NCBI GenBank assembly: GCA_963664435.2
Contig: CAXXKM010000003.1
Coordinates: 800,001-864,000 of the forward strand
Direction: 5' to 3'
DNA length: 64,000 bases
Source of the DNA: Longimicrobiales bacterium
GTDB taxonomy: Bacteria; Gemmatimonadota; Gemmatimonadetes; Longimicrobiales; Gaopeijiaceae
Each line of letters opens with the position of its first letter. Position 1 is the stretch's first letter. The translations under genes were made by a program, and so were the position numbers. Of the stretch, positions 1-8,291 are shown piece after piece. The notes beneath the pieces are model-generated. The model made no database searches and was not told where the DNA came from. It saw nothing but the letters and a program-made list of their open reading frames with translations.

Positions 1-738
1 CTTCCCCTCTTGCACATCGACACCACCTGGCAGTTCCGCGAGATGATCGCCTTCCGCGACCGCGTGATCGCCGAGGCGGGGGTCGAGCTCGTGGTTCACG
101 TGAACCAGGAGGGGCTGAAGGCCGGCGTGGATCCGTTCTCGCATGGATCGCAGCGCTACACCGACGTGATGACCACAGAGGCGCTGCGCCAGGCCCTAGA
201 CGCCGGGAAGTACGACATCATCTTCGTGGGCGGCCGGCGGGACGAGGAAAAATCGCGTGCCAAGGAGCGGGTGTTCTCGTTCCGCAACTCGGCCCATCAG
301 TGGGACCCCAAGGCCCAGCGGCCCGAACTGTGGAACCTGTACAATACCCGCGTCCACCAGGGCGAATCGCTCCGCGTGTCTCCCCTTTCCAACTGGACCG
401 AGACAGACGTCTGGCGCTACATCGCGGCCGAGGGAATCCCGGTTGTCCCGCTCTATTTCGCGAAGAAGCGCCCGGTCGTCGAGCGTGAGGGCCAATGGAT
501 CATGGTCGACGACGAGCGCATGCCCCTGGGCGCCCGCGAGGAGCCCCGGCACCTTCGCATCCGCTTCCGCACCCTGGGATGTTATCCGCTCACCGCCGCG
601 GTCGAGAGCACCGCCGACACCCCGGACGCGGTCCTCGCCGAGACGCTGGCGATTCACGACTCCGAGCGCCGGGGACGCCTGGTCGACCACGACGGAGACG
701 CGTCCATGGAACGCAAGAAGCGGGAGGGTTATTTCTGA
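1..738 (+). CDS. cysD: Sulfate adenylyltransferase subunit 2 (5'-partial)
   Basis: Open frame from base 1 ([12 protein letters not shown]). Motifs [35 protein letters not shown] and C-terminal [11 protein letters not shown] are typical of CysD/NodP. Confidence 0.97.
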   Translation, partial: LPLLHIDTTWQFREMIAFRDRVIAEAGVELVVHVNQEGLKAGVDPFSHGSQRYTDVMTTEALRQALDAGKYDIIFVGGRRDEEKSRAKERVFSFRNSAHQWDPKAQRPELWNLYNTRVHQGESLRVSPLSNWTETDVWRYIAAEGIPVVPLYFAKKRPVVEREGQWIMVDDERMPLGAREEPRHLRIRFRTLGCYPLTAAVESTADTPDAVLAETLAIHDSERRGRLVDHDGDASMERKKREGYF

Positions 739-824
739 TATTGGGGGGCGGTAGCCCTCCTGCCCGCACCACTCGGCTCCGCCGGACGGCCAAGGTGCGC
801 ATCGGCTCAGGGATGGCTGGTGCC

Positions 825-2590
825 TCATCCTTCCCTCAGGCTCTCGCCCCTTTCCCTCAATCCCTCGCCTCCTTCCCTCCAGAGGCACATCATCGCATAG
901 CCCCAGTCGATGCGTTCGCCCGTCCACAGCGAGTCCCCGGTCCAGGCGTCGATGCCGTCCTGGCCGTGCCAGCGGTGCAGACCGAAGTCCTGCGCCGAGG
1001 GTGGCGGCGGGTCTGCCAACGTCGAGGACGAGACCGATGTTCCCGGGGAGGCCAGGGGCAGTGCCACCGGAGCCTTCGGGCATGCGGCCGAGGCATCCGG
1101 AATGCGGGCGAGGGCTCCCGGGGTGCGAGCGAAGGCTTCCGGAGTGTCGGCGAGCCGCCGCGGGGCACCCCTTCGGCGATGTCGGGAGAGGCGGGCACCA
1201 GGTCGCCGATGTCCGACGGCTCCGGCTGCACGGGCAGCGGAACGCCCAGCGGATTGAAGAAGCGCGGGGCTCCCCACTCGTCCATCTCCACCCGCCAGCC
1301 CCCCTCGTGGACCGCGCGGTGGTGGAAGGGGCACAGCAGCACCAGGTTGTTCATGGCGGTCTCTCCACCGTGGGCCCACGGGGTGATGTGGTGGGCGTGG
1401 GTGCGCGCGCGCGAATCGCACCCGGGGAACCGGCAGCCGCCGTCGCGTGCCTCCAGGGCCTTGCGCAGCCGCCAGCCGACGGTCCTTCGACGGCGCCCGA
1501 CATCGAGCACGGAGCCGTCGCCCGCCCGCGCAATCGGCACGACCTCCGCATCGCAGGTGAGCCGCGAAGACGTTTCAGCTGAAACCCGCGAGCCATCCTC
1601 GGTGACCAGCAGAACCGCAGCGTCCTGTTCCTGCGCCAAGGGTGCATCCTGTTCCTGCGCCACCGCAGCGTCCTGTTCCTGCTCCACCGCAGCGTTCTGT
1701 GCCTGCTCCGCTGGCGCATCCTGTTCCTGCGTCACCGCAGCGTTCTGTGCCTGCTCCTCTTGCGCCCCGTGCTGGCCGCCTGCGAACGAGTGGACCACGA
1801 GCTGCACCTGAGGTTGCACCCGCTCTTCCAGCCAAAGCCCCAGGGCGTCGGCCCGGCGTTGCTCCGCCGACGTCCTGTGCGCGGTCCCGGCATTGCGCTC
1901 GGCGCGGTAGAGCCGGGTCTCCGCCACCTCGAGCGCCTTGAGGAGCAGGGCGCCGACCTCCGGGTTTAGCCGGCCCCGCACTTCGTAGCTGCCGTCCTCG
2001 GTGAGCCACAGCGAGAGGCCGCGGCGCTCCTCACGGGCGGCCCGGGAGGCGTCGCCCCGGTCGATGCGCCGCCAATACCGGACCATCTTTTCCACGTGCG
2101 CGGTGGTGCCGTGGCGGGCGAACTCAAGGAGTTCGGCCTCGTTTTCGGCGTCGGCGATGCGGGTCATGGCCCGCACCTTCGAGTACGAGATCTCGCCCCT
2201 GGCGAAGGCGTCGGGGATGAGGGACAGCGAGGGGAGACAGCGCGCCACGCGCACCTTCTCGCGGGCGGGACCTAGCGAGATGCCGGTACGCCAGGAGAGC
2301 CAGTGGGCGCAGGAGCGAAATCCCTGCCAGCGTTCCTCTTCGTCGTAGACCCTCAGCAGGCAGAGGAGCCGGTAGGTGGCGGCGGTGATGTGGGCGCACA
2401 GAAGCGCGATCTCGTCGCCGAGGGGGTCAAGCGTGTTCGGGACGGAGGCAGCTGGCGAAGTAGGAGCTGGCGCATGGGTAGCTGGCGAAGAAGGGGCCGG
2501 CGAAGTAGGAGCTGGCGAAGTAGGAGCTGGCGAAGTAGGAGCCGGGGCAGGAAGAGTCGGGGCGAGTGCTGCTGCGGAGGCAGTGGACAT
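825..2590 (-). CDS. DUF222 + HNH endonuclease protein (13E12-repeat-like), frameshifted near 1155-1175
   Basis: N-terminal GFRSCAHWLSWRTG...AREKVRVAR...GEISYSKVRAMTR; RLTCDA; HNH RDGGCRFPGC..HAHHITPWAHGGETAMNNLVLLCPFHHRAVHEGGW. The family-type C-terminus (WTGERIDWGYAM) lies in the alternative frame ending at 825. Confidence 0.88.
1070..1154 (-). repeat. Imperfect 21-bp tandem repeats in the C-terminal tail of the HNH gene
   Basis: Minus strand: ctcgccgacactccggaagcc / ttcgctcgcaccccgggagcc / ctcgcccgcattccggatgcc (LADTPEA/FARTPGA/LARIPDA). Confidence 0.6.
1615..1762 (-). repeat. Coding tandem repeats, ~24-bp unit (QEQDA / QAQNAAV)
   Basis: Plus strand recurrence of gcgtcctgttcctgcgcca, gcatcctgttcctgcg and ccgcagcgttctgtgcctgctc. 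Confidence 0.85.
2451..2545 (-). repeat. Coding 15-bp tandem repeats (APTSP)
   Basis: gctggcgaagtagga repeated with variants in the N-terminal extension of the DUF222 gene. Confidence 0.9.
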
Positions 2591-2749
2591 CGTGTCTGAT
2601 CCCGGAGCTTCAGGGGTGAATTGGCTGGTGGCTTACCTCCTTGTACCCCGAGCTTCGGGTTATGTTCGGTCTCCGCGTCGCTTTGTCCCGGAATACCGAA
2701 CGGTTAGAATCAGGCCGTGCTCACCGGATCCCGAGAGGAAAGCCGCCTG

Positions 2750-4594
2750 ATGGCCCCTTTCCCGCCGCCACCGCGACCTCCCCTGCGCTTCGTGCTGTGC
2801 GGAAGTGTGGACGACGGCAAGAGCACGCTCCTGGGCCGGCTGCTCTACGACTGCCGTCAGGTCTTCGCCGATCAGCTTCGCAAGGTGGAGGAGGATTCAC
2901 GGCGCTGGGGAACGCAGGGCGACAAGGCGGATCTGGCGCTGCTCGTCGACGGCCTGCGCGACGAGCGCGAGCAGGGCATCACCATCGATGTAGCCTACCG
3001 CAGCTTCGAGACGCCCCGTCGCCGTTTCATCGTCGCCGACGCGCCCGGCCACGAGCAGTACACACGCAACATGGCGACCGGCGCCTCGAACGCCGATGTG
3101 GCGGTCGTCCTGGCCGATGCCCGCAAGGGAATCCTTCCCCAGACCGCGCGTCATACCCGCATCGCCGCCATGTTCGGGGTGCGGCACCTGGTCCTCGCGG
3201 TCAACAAGATGGACCTCGTGCTCTGGGATCGGAGCACCTTCGAAGCGATTGCGGACCGGTATCGGTCGATGGCGCGCGACGTGGGTGTCGAGAACCTGCA
3301 GATCGTACCCATATCTTCGCTGACGGGAGACAATCTCACGCACCGCTGCGCGTCGGCGGAATGGTATTCCGGCCCAACGCTGCTCGAGCACCTGGAGAGG
3401 GTCGAGGTCGAATCGTCCATCGCCAGGGAGTCCTTCCGGATGCCCGTGCAGTACGTCAACCGGCCCAACCTCGACTTTCGCGGCTACAGCGGCCGGATCG
3501 CGGCCGGGAGGGTTTCGGTGGGGGACCGCGTGCGCATATCCCCGTCGGGAATGGAGACCTTCGTGGAATCGATCGTGGTGTGGCGGGGGACCCGGGAGCA
3601 CGCCGAGCGGGGGGAGTCGGTGACCCTTACCCTGCTGGACGACGTGGACGTGACGCGGGGCGACGTGATCGCGGAAGCCTTCAATCCCCCGGGCGTGACC
3701 GACCAGTTCCAGGCCAACCTGATCTGGATGAACGATCGTCCCCTGGTCGTCGGCCGTTCCTACCTCCTCAAGATCCATTCGCGGGAGGTGAGTGCGACCG
3801 TAACCCGGATCAAGTACCGGCTGGATGTGTCGCGGGGGAACAGGCTGGCAGCCACGACGCTGAGCCTCAATGATCTGGCCACGGTCAACATCTCGACCAA
3901 CCGGCCGATCCCCTACGCGCCCTTCGACCGGTATCCGGGGCTGGGCAGCTTCATCATGATCGACCAGGCCACCCACGAAACCGCAGGTGCCGGCGCGATC
4001 GAGTTCGCGCTCAAACGCGCGTCGAACATCCGGTGGCAGGACTTCCACGTCACCCGCGAGGCCCGTCAGGAACTCAAGCTGCAACGGGCCCGGTGCCTGT
4101 GGCTCACCGGGCTCTCGGCATCCGGCAAGTCCACGGTCGCCAACCTGCTCGAGCAGCGCCTCCACTCGGAGGGGAGCCACACCTACCTGCTGGACGGCGA
4201 CAATGTCCGGCATGGGCTCAACCGGGACCTCGGCTTCACCGAGGCCGACCGGGTGGAGAACATCCGCAGGGTCGCCGAGGTGGCGCGTCTCATGGTCGAC
4301 GCGGGGCTGATCGTCATCGTGTCCTTCATCAGCCCGTTCCAGTCCGAACGGGATTTCGCCAGGGGCCTGTTCGAGCCCGGCGACTTCAAGGAGATCTTCG
4401 TCGACGCGTCCATCGAGACCTGCGCGGCGCGCGACCCGAAGGGACTCTACGCCAAGGCGATGAGGGGCGAGATCGGCAACTTCACCGGCATCGACAGCCC
4501 GTACGAGAGGCCCCGGCACCCGGATCTGCGACTCGACACCGAAGCCCTCGCTCCCGAGGAATGCGTCGAGCTGATCGTGCGGCGGCTGCTGTGA
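2750..4594 (+). CDS. cysNC: Bifunctional sulfate adenylyltransferase subunit 1 / APS kinase (CysN/CysC, NodQ-like)
   Basis: GSVDDGKSTL, EREQGITIDVAYR, DAPGHEQYTRNM, NKMD; C-terminal APS kinase TGLSASGKST, LDGDNVRHGLNRDLGF, RDPKGLY. Confidence 0.97.
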   Translation: MAPFPPPPRPPLRFVLCGSVDDGKSTLLGRLLYDCRQVFADQLRKVEEDSRRWGTQGDKADLALLVDGLRDEREQGITIDVAYRSFETPRRRFIVADAPGHEQYTRNMATGASNADVAVVLADARKGILPQTARHTRIAAMFGVRHLVLAVNKMDLVLWDRSTFEAIADRYRSMARDVGVENLQIVPISSLTGDNLTHRCASAEWYSGPTLLEHLERVEVESSIARESFRMPVQYVNRPNLDFRGYSGRIAAGRVSVGDRVRISPSGMETFVESIVVWRGTREHAERGESVTLTLLDDVDVTRGDVIAEAFNPPGVTDQFQANLIWMNDRPLVVGRSYLLKIHSREVSATVTRIKYRLDVSRGNRLAATTLSLNDLATVNISTNRPIPYAPFDRYPGLGSFIMIDQATHETAGAGAIEFALKRASNIRWQDFHVTREARQELKLQRARCLWLTGLSASGKSTVANLLEQRLHSEGSHTYLLDGDNVRHGLNRDLGFTEADRVENIRRVAEVARLMVDAGLIVIVSFISPFQSERDFARGLFEPGDFKEIFVDASIETCAARDPKGLYAKAMRGEIGNFTGIDSPYERPRHPDLRLDTEALAPEECVELIVRRLL

Positions 4595-4648
4595 GTCGGC
4601 TTGCGCCTCCGCCCTCCCGCGGCGAGGTGTTGTCCGACCCGCGGGCGG

Positions 4649-6388
4649 CTACCTGTCCACGCGAATCGTGACGACATCCGCGTTGTGATACTGCTGGTGT
4701 TTCACCGATGACGCGTAGTGGCGGAGGAGCCGCAGCGACAGGTCGCGCTTGCTCTCGAAATCGGGGAGGTCGCTGAGCAGGACGATCTGGTTCTCCAGAT
4801 TCTCCGCGTCGGTGGCCGCGCTGAACTCCAGCATGGCTCCCTGGGGGTCGTTGCGGGCGACAACCCGCAGGCGCCGGTCCGCGGCCTGGCTTGCGTCCTC
4901 CTCCTGCCGGGCCAGGCTGAGGAGCGCTTCCTCCGATGCCGCTCTGAGACGTTCTCTTCCCTCGCCGTCCCACCCGTACTTTCCCGCAAACCCGACCACG
5001 AAGTCGTCGAGGGCGCGAAGGCTGTCCTGACTGAGCCGCATCTCCACCCTGCGCCGCCGGGGCCCGGTCAGCTCCAGGAACAGGTTCAGCAGGAGGATGG
5101 TCACGCCACCGGCCGTAAGTCCGTTCGCCAGCATCTGCGCGGCGGGCGTGCCGAGGTACTGCGGGAATATCGCCTGGAACTGGATGCCGACGCCGATCCA
5201 GAAGGAGAAGCCGGCGATCAGCGAGCTGTGGCGCCCTCCGTCCGCCTGGAACACGACGCGCATGCCGCGGGCGAAGACGAGCCCCATGGCAACGACGATA
5301 TAGGCACCCAGCACGGGCCCCGGGATGGACAGCACGAGGGCCGTGATCCTGGGAACGAAAGCCAGGCCGATGAAGATGGCTCCGATGTAGACGCCCACCC
5401 TCCTGGCCGCCACGCCAATGCCCTCCGCCATGGCGATGCCGGCTGGATAGGGCCAGATCGGCAGGACGCCGGCGATCCCCGACAGCAGGGTCCCTGCGCC
5501 GCAGGCGGCCACGGCCCCCTCCACCCTGCGGAAGTCGACCGCCTTCTGTTCGCGCCGCGAAAGGCGCTGCATGACGATGGCATCGCCGACCTGCCTGACC
5601 GTGATGACCAGCGTGACGAACAGAAAAGCCGGCAGGAGCAGCCAGAAGCTCGAGTCGAACCGGACGTCGAGACCGGGCAACGCCGCGGCGGGAACCCCGA
5701 ACCAGCCGGCTTCGCGAACCGGGGTGAGATCGAAGATCCCGAAGAAACCGGCAGTGGCGCATCCCAGGCCAAGGGCAAGCACCGGCGTCCACGCTCTGAG
5801 GAGTCGGGGAGCGCGCAGCATCAGGCCAAGCACGGCGACCGCGGTGACGAGCGTGATGATGGGCGCCGCGGCCGCGGGCGCCTGCGCGGGCACATCCGTG
5901 AGCAGCGCGAACCCCATGGGCATCACCGTGACGGAGATGAGCGCCATGAGCGTGCCCGAAACGACCGGCGTGATGATTCGGCGGAGCAGGACCAGGCGCG
6001 CCGCGAGGCCCAGCTGGAAGAGCCCCGAGGCGACCACCAGCACGGCGAGCAACGCGGGGCCACCTGCGGCCAGCGCCAGCACCGCGACACCGATGGAGGC
6101 TCCGGAAGCCCCCATGATCATCAGGTTGGCGCCCCCCATTCCCGCGACTCGCCGAGCCTGCACGATCGTCGTCAGCCCGCCGATGACCATGCTGGCGAAG
6201 ATGGCCCAGGCCAGGTAGGCTGCGGTCAGATTCGCCGCGCGCGTGACTATGGTGGTGACCACGACCACGGGCGTGCACACCAGAACGGCGACGTGCAGTC
6301 CAATCAGGAACGAGGCGGGATGCGGCGGCGATTCGTTGGCCGCGTAACGGAGCCCGGGTGGCTGCCCTGGACCGGGTTTCACAGGCAC
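4649..6388 (-). CDS. NCS2 (xanthine/uracil-type) permease with C-terminal RsbW/HATPase-like extension
   Basis: ~430 aa polytopic membrane region with NCS2-like segments (YAANESPP, GLTTIVQ, IITPVVSG, SIPGPVLG), followed by ~135 aa soluble alpha/beta domain. Confidence 0.8.
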   Translation of the reverse strand: MPVKPGPGQPPGLRYAANESPPHPASFLIGLHVAVLVCTPVVVVTTIVTRAANLTAAYLAWAIFASMVIGGLTTIVQARRVAGMGGANLMIMGASGASIGVAVLALAAGGPALLAVLVVASGLFQLGLAARLVLLRRIITPVVSGTLMALISVTVMPMGFALLTDVPAQAPAAAAPIITLVTAVAVLGLMLRAPRLLRAWTPVLALGLGCATAGFFGIFDLTPVREAGWFGVPAAALPGLDVRFDSSFWLLLPAFLFVTLVITVRQVGDAIVMQRLSRREQKAVDFRRVEGAVAACGAGTLLSGIAGVLPIWPYPAGIAMAEGIGVAARRVGVYIGAIFIGLAFVPRITALVLSIPGPVLGAYIVVAMGLVFARGMRVVFQADGGRHSSLIAGFSFWIGVGIQFQAIFPQYLGTPAAQMLANGLTAGGVTILLLNLFLELTGPRRRRVEMRLSQDSLRALDDFVVGFAGKYGWDGEGRERLRAASEEALLSLARQEEDASQAADRRLRVVARNDPQGAMLEFSAATDAENLENQIVLLSDLPDFESKRDLSLRLLRHYASSVKHQQYHNADVVTIRVDR

Positions 6389-6546
6389 TGCTCCTGGGGT
6401 CGGCGTTGGGCCGGAACGAGAGGGGGCATGGCGAGTATAGCTACCGGCGCGCGAATCCGGAAAACATCTCTGGGGCGACGCCGGGTCATGAACGCGGCTT
6501 CAGGCAGGAGGGACCAGGTGCACCGAGCACTATCGAGGAACCGGCG

Positions 6547-7311
6547 TTGAGCCCGGGCCGGGGACGCCGCCGGAGAGCGTCGGCGTGGGTTCGTGGGCTG
6601 GCCATCGTTGTGGCGGCGGTTTCTCCGCTGGCGCCCGGAACCTCTTCGCTTCGAGCTCAGGTTTCGCCGGAGATCCTCCAGGTGTTGCAGCAGGGCGGAG
6701 CCTGGGTCGCCCTCGCCATCGAGGACGGCGTCGGCTCGTTCGAGAGCGGGCCCGTGCCCACCCTCGGAATCCAGCTTCGGGGCCAACTGCGCATCTGGGA
6801 GGAGCACACGGGCAACTGGCATGTCGTCATGCGCGACCTGTCACGCGCCGAGGACCCGGTCATCCTCGAACGCCTGATGGTCCCGGGGGAGCCCGTGGAC
6901 TTCGACTACCAGACCGGCATGCTGGGGCAGATCCAGATCGACGTGCGGTGGAGCGAGGCCCGCGACACGACGCTCCGCGTCTGGGTGGGAACGGAGCTGA
7001 CGCCCGGGGAGCAAGCGGAACCGGATTCGCGCCGGACTGCTTCGGGAGAGCCGGGCAGTCAGCGTTACTCGTCTCTGCTGATGTTTACTGATGTCTACTG
7101 GAATTATGCCGGGAGCGGAGGCTGCGCGCTGCTATCGGCGAGAAGCGACGGACTCGGCGAGCAGGCACAGGATCTCGTACATCAGCGATGCGCCGACCAG
7201 CGCCGTGCCCCCGCTCGGATCGAGAGGCGGGGCGACCTCCACCACGTCGCCTCCCACGAGGTTGAGGCCCCGCAGGCCGTGCAGGAGCGAGATCGCCTCG
7301 CGAGTGGTTAG
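6547..7311 (+). CDS. Hypothetical exported protein
   Basis: TTG start after GAGGA; signal-peptide-like N-terminus ending LRA-Q; typical codon usage to ~7020. The 3' end overlaps the convergent ureohydrolase gene, so the end is uncertain. Confidence 0.55.
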   Translation: MSPGRGRRRRASAWVRGLAIVVAAVSPLAPGTSSLRAQVSPEILQVLQQGGAWVALAIEDGVGSFESGPVPTLGIQLRGQLRIWEEHTGNWHVVMRDLSRAEDPVILERLMVPGEPVDFDYQTGMLGQIQIDVRWSEARDTTLRVWVGTELTPGEQAEPDSRRTASGEPGSQRYSSLLMFTDVYWNYAGSGGCALLSARSDGLGEQAQDLVHQRCADQRRAPARIERRGDLHHVASHEVEAPQAVQERDRLASG

Positions 7312-8109
7312 CCCGCCGATCTCCGGCGTTCCCGTCCCCGGGGTGTAGGCCGGGTCGATCCCGTCCACGTCGAGGGTTATGTAGGTCGGGCCGTCGCCCA
7401 CCACCCGGCGCGCCTCCTCCACCACCGCCTGCACCCCCAGCCGCTGGAATTCGTCGATCTGCACGACCCGCATGCCGTGCTCCATCGAGAACTCGAAGCC
7501 GTCGAGGAAGTTCTGGTAGCCGCGAATGCCGATCTGGATCGAGCGTTCGGGATCGAGCACGCCTGCCTCCACGGCGCGGCGGAAGGGAGCTCCGTGGTGG
7601 TACTTCGAACCGCCGATCGCGTCCCAGGTGTCGAGATGCGCGTCGATCTGCACCATCCCGAGCGGCCGTCCGGCTCCCAGCGCTTTCATGATCGGATAGG
7701 TGATCGAATGGTCTCCGCCCGCGCTCAGGGGCACCGGACCCGCCGCGTGCAGACGGGTGAAGAGCGCTTCGATCTGGGCAATGACGTCGTCCAGGCGGTA
7801 GATGGTGTCGAGCCGCACGTCCCCAACGTCGGCGATCCGGCACAGCGAAAAGGGCTGAACCCTGGTAACCGCGTTGATCCGGCGGACCACGTTGGACCTG
7901 TTGCGGATCTCCCGCGGCCCGTGCCGCGCGCCCGGCTGAAAGGTCACGCCGTGGTCGGTCGGCACCCCGACGAGCGCGATGTCGAGGCCTTCGAGCGTCG
8001 TGGCGAGCGGCGCGCGCAGGAGGGTGGCTCCACCCATGAAGCGCAGGTCGTCGAGCGGCCTGTAGGTCTCGCCCGTTATCGGCGACACGGCATCGTAGAA
8101 GTCGTTCAC
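7132..8109 (-). CDS. Ureohydrolase (agmatinase / guanidino-acid hydrolase family)
   Basis: PGARHGPREIR, GGDHS, DAHLD, DVDGIDPAYTPGTGTPEIGG, DVVEVAP metal-binding motifs. Confidence 0.93.
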   Translation of the reverse strand: MNDFYDAVSPITGETYRPLDDLRFMGGATLLRAPLATTLEGLDIALVGVPTDHGVTFQPGARHGPREIRNRSNVVRRINAVTRVQPFSLCRIADVGDVRLDTIYRLDDVIAQIEALFTRLHAAGPVPLSAGGDHSITYPIMKALGAGRPLGMVQIDAHLDTWDAIGGSKYHHGAPFRRAVEAGVLDPERSIQIGIRGYQNFLDGFEFSMEHGMRVVQIDEFQRLGVQAVVEEARRVVGDGPTYITLDVDGIDPAYTPGTGTPEIGGLTTREAISLLHGLRGLNLVGGDVVEVAPPLDPSGGTALVGASLMYEILCLLAESVASRR

Positions 8110-8221
8110 TCCAGCCTCTCTTGCGCGGGGAAGATGCCGACCCCGGCCGGGAACCCGGCTATTCCGCGTCCATCTCGCGCACCAACGCCCAGAACTCGCG
8201 AGGGCTCACAGGCGTCTCCAC

Positions 8222-8257
8222 GAAAACGGGGCCGGCCCCTGCCCGGGACCGGCCCCA
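8222..8257 (-). terminator. Probable intrinsic terminator after the aminotransferase gene
   Basis: Minus strand GGGGCCGG..CCGGCCCC stem followed by GTTTTCGT. Confidence 0.55.
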
Positions 8258-8291
8258 TCCAGCTTCGAGGCGTCCGCGGACGCCGCCGCGA

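Larger units (their letters stand above)
740..2746 (-). mobile_element. Putative DUF222-HNH insertion element between cysD and cysNC
   Basis: Opposite-strand gene between normally adjacent genes, flanked by CTGAT at 735-739 and 2747-2751. No transposase or clear terminal inverted repeats. Confidence 0.5.

Noticed and set aside
1615..1762. Periodic repeats as a possible CRISPR array
   Set aside because: Contiguous, in-frame coding repeats without unique spacers; no cas genes in the window.
740..2746. Classical IS element
   Set aside because: No DDE/HUH/serine transposase motifs and no convincing terminal inverted repeats; kept only as a putative HNH element.
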